DNA from: Atractiella rhizophila
Lineage: Eukaryota
DNA length: 44,969 nt
Direction of reading: 5' to 3'
Assembly (NCBI GenBank): GCA_021432655.1
Contig: MU271300.1
Coordinates: 1-44,969 of the forward strand
Shown: in pieces, positions 1 to 12,137 of the stretch
Position numbering within the stretch: position 1 is the first letter of the stretch
Layout of the letters: each line of letters starts with the position of its first letter
Position numbers and translations under genes: made by a program
The notes under the pieces: generated by a model
Databases searched by the model: none
Told to the model about the DNA's origin: nothing
What the model saw: the letters and a program-made list of their open reading frames with translations, nothing else

Positions 1-366
1 ATCCTGCCGCCATCCCTCCTTCCTCTCACCGAAAAGTACAGAGGTGACACACTTCGTCTTTCTCCCACAGGCTCTCACCTGCTTACCACCACGCGCGGTT
101 CCACGTCGGAATACAAAGGCTACTTGACCGTTTTCCCTCTCACGGAAGAAGGACTGGGAGAAGCAAGCGATCGATGGGAGACGCCGTCGTGGGCTGGGAA
201 GGCGAACGCGATCGAGGTCCACCCTGATGGCTGGGTAGTCCTCACGGACGACAGCGGGGAGGAGGGTGGAGTTCACGTGCTGCAGTGGAAAGAGCAAGGG
301 AAGGTGGAATATGTCGACGGAGTCAAGTGGGCAGAAGGGGGTAGCCATGCTGTTTGGTTGGAATGA
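1..366 (+). CDS. 3' end of a beta-propeller lactonase (3-carboxy-cis,cis-muconate cyclase-like), 5' partial
   Basis: Frame is open from base 1: ILPPSLLPLTEKYRGDTLRLSP...TTTRGS...WETPSWAGKANAIE...GGSHAVWLE*. The YRGDTLRLSP, GKANAIE and SHAVWL motifs match my recollection of the fungal lactonase C-terminus. Confidence 0.75.
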   Translation: MLPPSLLPLTEKYRGDTLRLSPTGSHLLTTTRGSTSEYKGYLTVFPLTEEGLGEASDRWETPSWAGKANAIEVHPDGWVVLTDDSGEEGGVHVLQWKEQGKVEYVDGVKWAEGGSHAVWLE

Positions 367-542
367 CATTGCTTTCGCTTTCCTGGATTGTGTGCTCTGT
401 GTACTAGGTTGGATAGGAATGCCAACGATTTTGAATTGGGATTCACTGAATCGGGTATGGTCACAATGTCATCTGAGTCTAAAGCAGTCCAAAAGAATAT
501 CCATAATACAACATCATAAACAATCCATCCGAAAGTCTCTAT

Positions 543-3500
543 CTAATAAACCTACACGGCAAAGGAAATGTCAAAACTGTTGCCTGCATCATAACGGAAG
601 AATATGAACGTACCTCTAAAACATAACGTTCCTCGTCCTTCAAGCGTTCTATATACTGCTGCGCATCCTCCAACTTCATCCCTCTATTGACATGAGCGTC
701 GCAAAGGGCCTCATAGACATCAGGTACGGGCCAAGTGGGGCCGCAAAGATAGAAGACTCCTTCCTTGAGATAATCGACGAGCATGTCTCCATCCTCCTGC
801 ATCCGATGCTGAATGTAGACTTTCTTCTTCCCATCCCTCGAAAACGCCATACGACCGTGGGTCAAGATACCGTCGAGGATATACGCCTCAATTTCTTCTC
901 TGTGCCACAAAAAAGCATGCAGATGAGCGATACAATATGTTGGGAAAGTGAGAAAGAAAGACGAACCCGTAAAGGTACTCCTTCGAACTGTACCTGGAAC
1001 CGAAGTAATAGACCAGAGGACCAATATCGATCCCACGCGCTCTCTGCCAGGCTTTCTCCTGGAGGAAAGCTCTGAAAGGAGCAGCTCCGGTTCCCAGTCC
1101 GGCCATGATGATCGGTTGAAGTGGAGAAGGGGGAAGCTGCACTCTCAGTCAGTAGTGTGCCGAAGCGGAGAGCACAGGAGGACGAACCTTCATGACGGAT
1201 GGTTTGAGGGAGGTCATTACCTTGTCTCCCGGCTTCAGCCCATCCAAATACCGGGTGCACTGTCCCAGCTTCAGGCGACCTGGAACAAAAACAGAAAAAG
1301 TCAAATCTCGATAGCAGTGACGAAGAGGGTGGACGGACCGTCTGGCGTCTTCCAGTCGACAGTGACGATCAAGAGATGGACGGAATCTCCGACTGCGTTC
1401 TGCGAAGAAGCGATGGAGTAATGTCTCTCTTTAATCGGCGCGATCTCCTCCACGAGTTCCTTGATCCCCCAGCCTTTTCTTCGACTCCGGGAACCTCTGC
1501 AAGACCTCGAAATAATTAACAGTCTCCAGCTCCGACCACTTCCTAAACATGCTCTGACCCTGTTCCGACGAGATAAACCTGAGAATCCTCGCCTCCTCCA
1601 ATGTAGCGGTGGGGCTGAGACCAAGACGTTCGTAGAAAGATTTGGGTGGCTTTCCAAAGACGTCCAAGTTCTGTTGAAAAAGCTGAAAGATGGTTCTACT
1701 CTCGCTCCTCTTCTTCGAGTTCTTCTTCGCTGGTAACTCCACCACTGCATCCGGATCGAGACCGTACCACTCGATGAACTCGAGCACCTCCTTCCCATCG
1801 TTCCATCCGTGCACTCCCAACGCGTCCCCGATGTGATACTTCAGACCGGTACCTTTGGTGGAGAACTCGATGTGGAACACGTTCCTGTCATAATCGAGAG
1901 GGGTCAGACGTCGGTTCTCCGTAACTGTGAGCAGGTAATTTTCTTCGTGCAGGTCTGGCCTGAGGAGGTCGGGACTAGAAGGAGGTGGGAGTGAGTAAGG
2001 GGAGGAGAAGAGGAGTTTCTGTATCGTCGAATGATCCGCTCTCTTCCCGGATCGGGTTTGAAAGGAAGAAGACGATTCCGAACGCGCGGGGGTGGAGAAG
2101 AAAGAGGTGGATTTTACGTTGGATGGTCGAGGTACGGCGTGTCCATTCGTACCATTGACCTTGACCCCATTGACACCGTTGACCCATTGATCCCATTAGT
2201 CTTCACGCCATTTATCCCATTCGCCGTTAAGAGGTTGAGCTTTGTCAATCCTCCAAAGTCACCCTTCCATGCCGCACCGATCAGATCGACAACCTTTTCC
2301 GCTTCCCATCCGACGGTATCTGCAATCCACACGGATCCTGCCTTCCTCAAAGCATTTTTATCCTGCTCCTTCACCTTCTTCTCTATCTCCTCCTCCGTCC
2401 AAGGAGTCAACAAAAGGACATTGGTCGATTTTGTGACATAAGAAAGGGGGGAAGCGGCGGAAAAGACATCTTTAGGAGAGTGGATGACGAGGAGGGAAGG
2501 AGAGGTAGAAGCGAGAGCAGTGAGGGAAGAGGATGAGGATGGGGAGGAAAAGACACTTTGAAGGAGACCGGCAAGAGGAAGGGCGTAGGCGTCATAGTTG
2601 GTCAAGGCGCGAGAGTCGGAAGAGAGACCAGCTACAATCTCAAGGGTGGAAGGGGTATCGGGAGCCCAGAAGGAGAGATGTCCGTCCTTCCCTTGCCGGT
2701 CAGAGGAGACGCCGAAGTATTTCGCCCATGCCGCCGCTTCTTCCCCAGGAGGGAGAGTAAAGATCTCGACTGGCCTCTGAAGCGAGTCGGCCAACGTCGC
2801 CTGAAGAGATGAGGAACTCGAGGTCTCGGAAAAGAGAGAGATTTTAGTGATAGAGGGAAGAGCGGCGGAGATAGAATCGCCATCGAATGGGAAACGATTG
2901 AGGATGAGCAAGGCAGTGTTGTTCTTGTCGCTTGCAAGGAAAGCAGTCTTTGCAAGAGAAGAATGGATCGAGGCAGGAATAACGATAAGATTCGTTGGTT
3001 CTTCTGATGTCTTGAGGATTTCGAAGGCCTCGAAGCTTGACTCCGTCTTGGTCTCATCCCTTGCAGCCTTCGCTCGAAGCCCCTCAAAAGGGTCCAAGAC
3101 GATGATCCGGTCTCCTTCTTCCCTCTCAAAGGCACTCCAAGCCCTCTCAGACTCCTCCCTCGTGCCTCCAGCCAAATGAGCCTGAATCCGACCTCGACGA
3201 GCCTCTCCGCCTCCCGAATGGCAAAGTCGACATCAGGGACCAACTGGAGCGTAGACGGTTCGCTCGTGGACGCTTGAACGATCACGTCGATCCTCGGACG
3301 GTTGTTTTGGGTCTTGGAGAATGCGCTGATGTGAGGAAGGAGGGGAAGAGCGCGCGAAGAGAGGTTGATGGTCACCCTCTGGGATGGCGGTGGGATGCCT
3401 CGGGCGACGTAGCGAGATCGGAGGAGGGTTTCTTGAGCTAAGAATCCGGCGATGGCGTCGCCACTGGACTGCCTCTCGTCAAGTACGAAGACGTTATCCT

Positions 3501-3594
3501 GCTTCTGTAGGGACTGGTGGATGATGTTCTGGGGGTCGTCATAGGTGAAAATAGTTGAGGATTTCGAGAGTTGGGACTGGATGAACGTGGCCAT
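543..3594 (-). CDS. MET10: Sulfite reductase (NADPH) flavoprotein alpha subunit; three 1-nt frameshifts as assembled
   Basis: Motifs ENRRLTPLDYDRNVFHIEF, YHIGDALGVHGWND, RHYSIASSQ, MAGLGTGAAPFRAF, YYFGSR and FYLCGPTWPVPDV. Terminal RYVLE|VY* follows an intron, stop at 543-545. Four short 3' introns. Frameshifts near 3172, 2184 and 1468. Confidence 0.93.
2140..2225 (-). repeat. Coding NG(I/V) low-complexity repeat in the MET10 linker
   Basis: Imperfect aatggg/aacggt units encode NGINGVKTNGINGVNGVNGVKVNGTNG once one G is restored. Confidence 0.7.
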
Positions 3595-3847
3595 GATGGC
3601 GGTGGTAAGGGCTGAAAGAGAATCATGGTGAGTGATTGATTTTATCAGCTGGATGATGCGATGAGCAATGTCTTATTCGCAATCCGGTGATTATCACATC
3701 GCTGTCAAACCTTTATCCGTCACTACTCTTTAGTCATCAACCTTATATCCTATCTACTTCTAATCTTAGTCACGCAAATTGTCGTTCATCCCCTATGAAG
3801 TCACAACCGAAGTGACGGTGCTGGAGGAGGATCAGGATATTGAAAAG

Positions 3848-6025
3848 ATGGACAACATAGAAAAGGAAGAGCTGGCGATAGAGGACGAACGGAGCTCTTG
3901 GGGCTACTGGTTAATAAAACAGCTGTTCAAGGTGCGTACCATATTGTCCCCCAGATTATCACCCTGACCTGCGTTTCTTGCGCAGTGCCTCATAAAGACC
4001 ATCTACAACGACGTGGTGATCGAAGGTCTCGAGTACCTACCCAAAGATGGAGAAGCATGCATAATCTGCGCCGTCCGTCCCTCCCCCTCCCCCTTCTCCG
4101 CTGAAGCGAAGCGGTGAAGCTAACAACGGGATATGGGATGCAGAACCACGGAAACAGTCTCACGGACCCAGCCGTGCTTCTCTCACATATACCTTCCGCC
4201 AAGAGGTCTCTCATACGCCTCACTGCCAAGGATACACACTTTAATCAGAATACTGTCGCCAGCTTCCTCATCCGTCAGGTACGCTTGATACGCCAGTTGA
4301 ACTTTTCCCCCCCTCGGTCAAATCTAACGGAGAGCCGAAGTTGACGGTGGCTGATAATAATGCAGTCGGGTGCAGTGCCGATTATGCGTCCGAAGGACCA
4401 TCTGGAGAAACCTGAATTCGTGAAAGAAGGGAACATCCAGACTTTTTCCAAATTGATACAGGTTAGTCTTCTTTTCGTCCTTTCCCTTTCTCTCTTCCAT
4501 AGTGTTTATTCTTCTTTCCTGCTTGCTTGGGGCCGCCTATCTTTCCTGTCTCTTGCAAATAGTCCTTTCTTTTCTGCACAATACCTTCATTTTCCTCTTA
4601 TTCGTCACTTCTTCTCTGCACATGCCCATTGTGCACATAGAATCCATTTCTGACACGTTATTTATAGGCGCTTCAGAAAGGAGCTTGCGTCCTCCTCTTC
4701 CCCGAAGGAATCTCGCGCTACCATCCCTCCATCTCCCCTCTCCGAACCGGTGCAGCTCGCATCGCTCTCACAGCGCTCTCCACCGCTCCCACCGACACAT
4801 CGGAACCTTTCACGCTCACCGTCCTGCCAGTGACGCTGACATACCTCCACCGCTTCCACTTCCGTTCCAACGTCCTCGTCCGCTTCAGTCCTCCCATCGT
4901 CCTCTCCTCTCAAACCCCCGAATCCAACCTCCCCACCGTATCTCAGCTGACTGCAGAAGTTGAACACAGGCTGAAGAGGGCGGGTATCGACGCTCCTAGT
5001 TGGAAAGAGGTCCGCCGTGCCCATACGGCCAGGAGGGTTTGGGCGCCATGTAACGCTGCGGGAGACGGAAAGATCACGCTGGGAGAGTATGTTCGGCTGA
5101 CCCAATTGTTTGTACAATTGTTGGAGCAGAAGGAGGAGGAGGGAGAGGCTCGGATCGAATTCAAGATGAAGCTCAAAGAGGACATCGATTCTTACGCCAC
5201 GGCACTCAGGGTCGTCGGCATCAAGGACAATCGACTTGCTACTCAATCTCAACTTGGATCTGCCGTCCTCATCTATCGCCTCTCGTTGAGGATCCTTTGG
5301 GCTCTATGTCTCGCTGTACTCGCAGCCCCAGGACTCCTCGTCGCATCCCCAGTGTTGGCGATATCCAAGCGGGCTGAACGACGATTCAAGTCTACAGACA
5401 AGCCACTGTGGGACGTATTAGACGAGGTTAGTCCCTTTCCTCTTACCTCACCACTTCCGAACATAGGAGTGATGGACGATGGATAGGTGATGCAAACGAA
5501 AGCACTCACCGGCTGGCTCTCCTTCCTCGCAGTCTACTCGGTCCTCCTCCTCCTCACAGCACCTTTCGCCATCGTCACCACGTGGGCCATCCCGATGTGG
5601 CTATGGCTCACCCTTCGTTGGTCCCAAGACCTTCCGCCTTACGTTCCGCCAGGTCCCTTTCTCGTCTTCTCTGGCTCCGTTGGCGAGACGAAGGGTCCGT
5701 CAAACGCCTGTTACTTCTCAGGAGCCACATATACGATCGCCTCCTCACTTTGTTGAAGGAAAGCGGGTTCGAAAAGCCCGAAGATTGGGAGATGACGCTA
5801 GCTATTTTGGAGGAGGGGGCGGAGGGGAAAGAGGGTAGAAAGGATAGAAGGTTGAAGTTTAGGGAGAGGTTTGGATATTTTAGCGTCAAGAAGAGGAGAG
5901 TGAGGGATTGGAATGAGTCGGTCTTCCTCTCTTCCCAGCCTGATGAGGATCTCACGTTTTTTTTGCGCAGGGTGTTGAGATTGACGGATTTGAGTGACTT
6001 CGATGATGAGTTGGTGGACAATTAA
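3848..6025 (+). CDS. Glycerol-3-phosphate O-acyltransferase (Sct1/Gpt2-like); start uncertain, one frameshift near 5632
   Basis: Spliced motifs IICA|NHGNSLTD (HxxxxD), RLTAKDTHF, GAVPIMR and LLFPEGISRYHP, followed by hydrophobic segments and RRVRDWNE|VLRL. The frame is also open upstream of ATG 3848 back to 3770. Confidence 0.85.
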
Positions 6026-6206
6026 ACTGGACGATCTTGGGAACATGATCAGTGCTTTTGTGAATAGTCAGTTGCTAGTAGTGTGTTCAGTTCCGGATTA
6101 TGGTTGGAATAACGAAAGGGCTTCATGAAGCATTATATCCAAAGACAAACCAACGTATCCTACAATCGAACTGACCGCAAATGAAGAGTACCTGACACGC
6201 TTGCGC

Positions 6207-7172
6207 CTAATCTTTATGCCTCCTTTTATTAGAAAGCGGTATATATACCTCTCCCTTCATCCCTCTATTCCAATACAGGGCCATCTGTATTGCCAAGATG
6301 CCGTTGAGCGTAGCCGCACAAACGAAACCCCACCACAAGACTGGGTCACCTGTTTCCGTGCTGGTCGTGAAAACGCGTGCAACGCATCCTGCAAAAGAGT
6401 TGAAGATGAGAAAGGCGGATAGTTGACCAGTCGAGCGTTGACGATAGTTTTGAATAATCTGGGGGAACTTGGATGAGAGGGAGAGGGGAATCGAGAGCGC
6501 GACGAGTGAGGTCAGGATTGCGGAAGGAAGGAGCGGGGAAAAGAAGAAGGAGATGATCGGGACGAGGAGGACGAGGAATAGGATGGGAGAGTATTGCTTG
6601 GTGTAGTGGAGAATTAGTGTCATGATTATTATGTTCTGCAAAAATGGTGATTTGTTGCATCAGCCGTGACGACGGACAAGAATGGGAGGCGTACCTGGAT
6701 AAAAAGGAAAAGGTTCTCTCCGTACGTTGAAAAGGGAAATTTGTTCCTCACGTTGTAAGAGACAACTAAGAGGAGGGAAACGGTATCGAGGAGGAAGAAA
6801 GAGAGGCTAAGGCCGCGAACGGAGCGAGAGCGAACGATCTTCCATATCTGTGGTACTTTAACTATGGAGCCGCCGACGACGATTCCCAATCCTAGGACTT
6901 TGGATATCGAGTATCGAAGACATTGTGTCGACGTCAAATCGAGGTTCCAAACAAGTTTCGTGTAGCATTCCTGTCCCGAGAATCCGTGAGCACTCAGCTT
7001 GTTTTGCTACGTGGAAGGGAGACACACTGTGCCTATCAGTTTAACCAGTGGTTCTCTCACGATGAAAGGAAGATGGTGAGTGAGGATCTAGGCACTCCAT
7101 CAGGCGCTTGAAAGGCGAAGAACGATGGGCAGTGAACTCACCTTCAAAACCGATAGACGGTGAGAGACCCAT
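6207..7172 (-). CDS. MPDU1: Mannose-P-dolichol utilization defect 1 (PQ-loop) protein; start uncertain
   Basis: LTHHLPFIVREPL..IG|ECYTKLVWNLDLTSTQCLRYSISKVLGLGIVVGGSIVKVPQI, FPFSTYGENLFLFIQ|N, and a second PQ loop SKFPQIIQNYRQRSTGQLS. ATG 7172 is 1 nt out of phase with exon 2. Confidence 0.88.
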
Positions 7173-7642
7173 ACGAGCAATGGGAAGGAAGGGTTGGAGT
7201 CTGTTGCGGACTGTATTATGGCGAGAGGCACTCTGGGAAGCCTTCGTCCAGTAGTGAGCCTGCTGGCAAGTGACGTGAAAAGTGTTTCGTGCTCCAACCT
7301 GAAAATCACGTGTTAGCATGTCAGCCATAGTACTCATCTTCCCGAATTCGCGAAGTGATGCAGCTACGACAGTATTAGTCCTCATCACAGTATAAATAGC
7401 TATGTATCTATCCTAGAATCCGTACATTTGCTAGCTTGCTCTTACAATGCAATCATACCTGACCCGGAGCTTAGGCAAGTCCATCCACGCGGGGGGGTCT
7501 CATTCATTGCTGCAAATGTACTATGAAATAAGAGCGCATAGTTTCGTTGGTCTGCGAAATGATATTTATGACTAGAAACGGCCAAATAGATCAAGAGAAG
7601 TGACCCAATTAACCAATCTGCCTTCACACAGCTACCAACGCC

Positions 7643-10600
7643 TTAATTTTCTTCCTCAGGATCCTGAAGGCGGTCTTTTTCCTCGAGCGAATGTACTCCC
7701 ATCTAAGAACACATCGGTCACTGTTCGGGGCGTCAAGCAGTGAGAACACACGTTCAAGCAACACAGCCAATCCAAAGTCGCCGTTATCATGGCCCAGGCA
7801 AACACGCTCTTTAAGGCTATTCTGTAACTTGCCAACGCTTCAGTTTTGAGCTCAACTGGGAGCTCTCTGAGGAAAGCTGTATCGTGTCGAATCCTCGCGA
7901 TAAGCTACCCAGATTTTTAGGTTCGTTACCGCACAGATGAATGAAAACAGACACCATCGCTGTCAGGTCCATGAATCCGAGCTGCAAGCTCACGGGAAAG
8001 CGTGCTTTGAAGAATTGCGCCACCAAGCCCAACCCCGAGCGTTTGTCCTAGCCCGTATCACTTTCACTTTATAAACTGAGGACAGTCCGGAGCTTACCAA
8101 AACCTCTAAATATGAAGTTGGAGCCTGAGCAATCATCGTTCAGTTTTTGTTGGAATACAAAGGTTCACGCTAACCTGTGATGACTGCGAGTTGGGAATCT
8201 GAGTAGCACCGTTAAGTGAGGAAGTGAATAGTAGACAACGAAACGCTGACGGGGAACGGATGCTTGCAGTGCAACTGGGACCTTGCATCAGCTTTAGGGC
8301 ATCCACTCGTAAAAACGACACACTGAAGGAGCCAGACATCATGCTAGAGTAACCGAATCCGCTGGGAAACTGAGATATCTTGTCAGAATAGTCACTGATG
8401 AGTGTGTAGTCAACCTACTATTGCCAACCATCGCATAATAGAAGGCGAGTCTGGTTCGAGATTCGTTATGAGGTAAGCAGACCAAATCGGTAGCAGGCCA
8501 GATACTACCGACATCCACCTGATTTAACAACATAACAAGAACGTCAGGCGGTCCCTAGGAACTGAAAGGGACACACCAATACCGCCCTGTCTTACTGCGT
8601 GATGGTCAGAACAAACCCAAATAAGGTGAAATGCTAACTAGATGATCCAACCTGCAAAAGCACTACCGAGGGTTGCGCCAATCGACTGTGGGATCATGTG
8701 CAGACCTGTAGGGACGGTGAAATCACTTTAGATGTAAGCACCATATTTCGCGTACCAGCTTCAGATCCACTTGCGCCTTCCATAACAATGTACCACGTTG
8801 GGAAATGATAGATCTAACTCATATCAGTTGTCTTGAGGACACACCTAGAGAATCGCCTTACAACCATGAGGTTACTGATGGCGGTGAAGAACTGCATAAA
8901 CCCAGTAAAAACCCTCGTCCTACTCCTTAATGCAGGAAAAGGGAATATAGGTTCCTTAACCCAAAAAGCCTCAATGACGAGGAAGGAGGAGAAGAAACAA
9001 GCAGCAAGGATCAAGGGAACGTGGACTTTGGGATCGGAAAACTGCATTCGTTTTTCTTTTCAACTTGCGTTCACGGGATGAATGATGAAGACATACAGGG
9101 TGCGCCTCGTTATTCTTCTCACTCAACCCTATCAGTAGTCCAAGGAATCCACCAAACAAAGTAAGCGACCCGAACCAATCAATGCGCCGGATAATTTCCT
9201 GTGGAGTCCGTTTCCTATCACTTTGGTGCGGGAGTTTGTAGTCGATAGAGATGAAGGTCACGATGGAAAATAGGACTACGAGCGTATAGATCAGAGACCA
9301 ACCGTCCCAAGCAAGATAAATAAACACGAATCCACCCACCCAGGAAGGGAATCTGGATGAGGAACGCGAACCTCCAACCAACCGAATCCGCGAGGAAGCC
9401 ACCGAACGGTCCTCCTAACGCGCCGCCTATGGCCCAGAACATCTTTTAAATTTCATCAGGTATACTGTGATAGCATGAATGAGATATACATACAGTGCTA
9501 AAAATCACTGCTACGGCTCTGCCTTTCATTGTAAGCAAGTCACCAGTGATTACAGTAGCTGCAGTCGTCATTCCTCCACCTCCCATCCCAGCAATAAACC
9601 TGGCTGCGATCAAGGACCTAAACCATGCATAAATCATGACAATCACCTCAACACCTTTGTTCAAGCCTAACGAGGTAGGGGATGCTAACTTCATGCTCCA
9701 GGCAATTCCACACAACCCTGTCCCTACGGCGAAAGTTCCCATCGCGAACAGAATACTATTTCTCCTCCCCACGATGTCGAGCAATCTTCCATAGAGCGGC
9801 GTGAAGGTCAGAGTTGAGAGAAGGTAGGATGTTCCCAGCCAAGAGGCTTCGTGCGCGGATTGGAAGGACGAGGAAACGAGAGGGAGCAGGGTCGTCATTA
9901 GAGTCGCTTGGGAAGTACAGCGCTGAGTTGTCTGCTTGTATAGGGAAACACGAGACGTACTGTCCAGTGCCTGCATGAAACCGACATCAGTTTCCTACAG
10001 CTTTAACGTGGGTGAGAGTGAGGTGGTCAAGCATGGCTTCTCTTAGGTAAGGGCGTGAAAGCCAAACTCTGCCTATGTATTGCTCCATACAGGGTGTACG
10101 GCTTCAGTAGTAATCAGAAAGTCACGCAAGCAAATATAACGTTCTGCTGTGAAACCTTTGCTGGAAACCGAATTTTGATGGTGCCATGAAAGAAAATGCA
10201 GCAGCAGCTATTTCCAATGTACCTTGAATCAAGGCCGATATTCCAGCCTCCACGTTACGGATATAGTCCGTCAACTCAACGGATCACCCATAAACAACAG
10301 GTGGAATGGACAAAGAAAGAAATAGCGAGACGGAAAGAGACACGGTACAGAAGGTCTGATCAGAGACATGATAACTTACAGATGCTACATTCGGTACAAC
10401 AATCAACAGGGCGTAAACGTGGGAAGAACAGATGGACGCACCAAAGTATGCTCCCCAGACAGCAAACAGAATAATGTTCCTTTTCCCTGTGCTTAAACTC
10501 AATGGTCCCCCTGGATCAGTTAGCTTCTTAATAGTCCCATCTCCTGCTCCAAGCAACGGCTGAGTTTCAGCGTCACGATCTGGAGGCGAATCCGTTTGAG

Positions 10601-10790
10601 TGTCCCTTTCGTGCGAGAGGAGCGTCTTCAAGCTTGCAGATCGTAGGGATCGTGGGAGCGATAGAACACTCGATCCTTCTAGTCCAGGAGAAGAACAGGA
10701 TCTCGCTGATGATTGGGAATCCCTTCGCTTTTTGGAGGGGGAAAGAAAGGCTTCGCCTTCTTCATTCCTTGCCGTCGACGTCCCAGACAT
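7643..10790 (-). CDS. MFS transporter, DHA2/Vba (vacuolar basic amino acid or drug) type, many introns
   Basis: ETQPLL dileucine-like motif, ALDTTLMTTL, ASWLGTSYLLSTLTFTPLYGRLLDIVGRR (motif A), ARFIAGMGGGG, GGALGGPFGGFLADSVGWRFAFLIQIP, RIDWFGS and KEPIFP. Ends HSLEEKDRLQDPEEEN* at 7643-7645. Confidence 0.88.
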
Positions 10791-12137
10791 ACTATATCCA
10801 CCAAAATTGTTGGAGAGAAACTGGAGATGCCCAGGTGGATGGGGGAGAGAGAACACGAAGCAGTGATATAAGTCTAGGATACCTGCTGAATCAGTCACTG
10901 TTGAAGAATCGCTCTGGTGTGGGTTGAGAGACGCACCAACATCTTCCGCCGCAGTCACCAAGCTGGTGTTTGACTCGACCTTGTTCTTGTGCCCCTTTCA
11001 AGGAGGCATTGATTAGAACCTAGACGCATCCGATTCGTGGTTGTTGGGTTGTTCGTGGGCAAAGAAAGGGAAGGGAGACTATGACATTATCTTTGAGTGA
11101 AACTTGCTGTTGGCCTCAATCGATGTTTTCACCCTTTAGAACAACAATGTTCGAACGTGTCGTCGCTCTTCTTTGGTTCTGAATATTTGTTATCAGCCCG
11201 CAGAGGTGATGTTCAAGGTTGGGATTTCTGTATTGTGGAGGACGATGTGTGCCGGTGAAGGTTGACAAGCAGGACGGAGGAGAGGTTCAAACCACTTGAA
11301 ATTTTGGAGCAGGCTGAAGTTCTTGCGCGTTGCGGTACGACTATTCTATTGCTCAAAGTCTTCTCTTCGATGTTTGACCGCAAGCAAGTGGAATATATTG
11401 ATATCCAATAGCGCCGTGACTAGCATGACAACATTGTGATAATTGTGAGACAGAAATACAATGTGATGAGCGGCCATGTGTTCCCAAGTGTCCATCCACT
11501 TTCTGTACCATGGAACTTGAAGGAAATATCTTCCCGGCGACTTGACATTCGAAAAACTGGACGTTGCACAATGCTACAGCACAGCGAAGAAGATTTGTGA
11601 CGGGCAGGTCGACTCATGTGAGGATATTGGCTTGGCTAAATCCTCTTCGTACGTGAGGGAGATGAGAAGGGTAGAACTTCGAAGGGTTTAAGAGCGGTTC
11701 GTATCAGAAATCAGAATGTAAATATGGTCTTTCGCCGTTCTCATCAAATGTCGGCGTAACACTGGCGTGACCACCCCGTAGGTGAAAGAAAGGTGGCTAC
11801 AACCAAAGGACATCGTTACACATTCCACCGATAGTGACCCCTAAGTCGATGTCTGCTCCAACAATGGCTAGAGGCGTTTAGGCATATGGTGACCAGGGGC
11901 TGGGGAGATAGAGAGAGAGTGGCCGACGGTCACGCTCCCACGAAAACCGGTGAGATGACAACGGTATGAGGAACGTTGGAGGCAAGATCAGCCTGCATGT
12001 CCACGATCCAAGTCTTCATGAATAGAGTGTATTTAGGGTTTTTCATCTGCTGTTTGAACAGTAGATATAGAGAACCAATGGAATATAATGTCCATAGGTA
12101 GTTAAAATGATGTGAAATAGTGAATTCACAGTTGAGG

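Noticed and set aside
1431..3594. Programmed ribosomal frameshifting in MET10
   Set aside because: Three shifts in both directions at short homopolymers, no slippery heptamer, and similar indels in neighbouring genes; consensus error is simpler.
4662..5252. 196-aa antisense ORF and other long overlapping ORFs in the track
   Set aside because: Shadows of GC-rich coding exons on the opposite strand or in another frame; no recognisable motifs.
10960..12130. Possible hidden gene or ncRNA between the MFS and SGNH genes
   Set aside because: Only short ORFs; no tRNA, snRNA or rRNA signature recognised.
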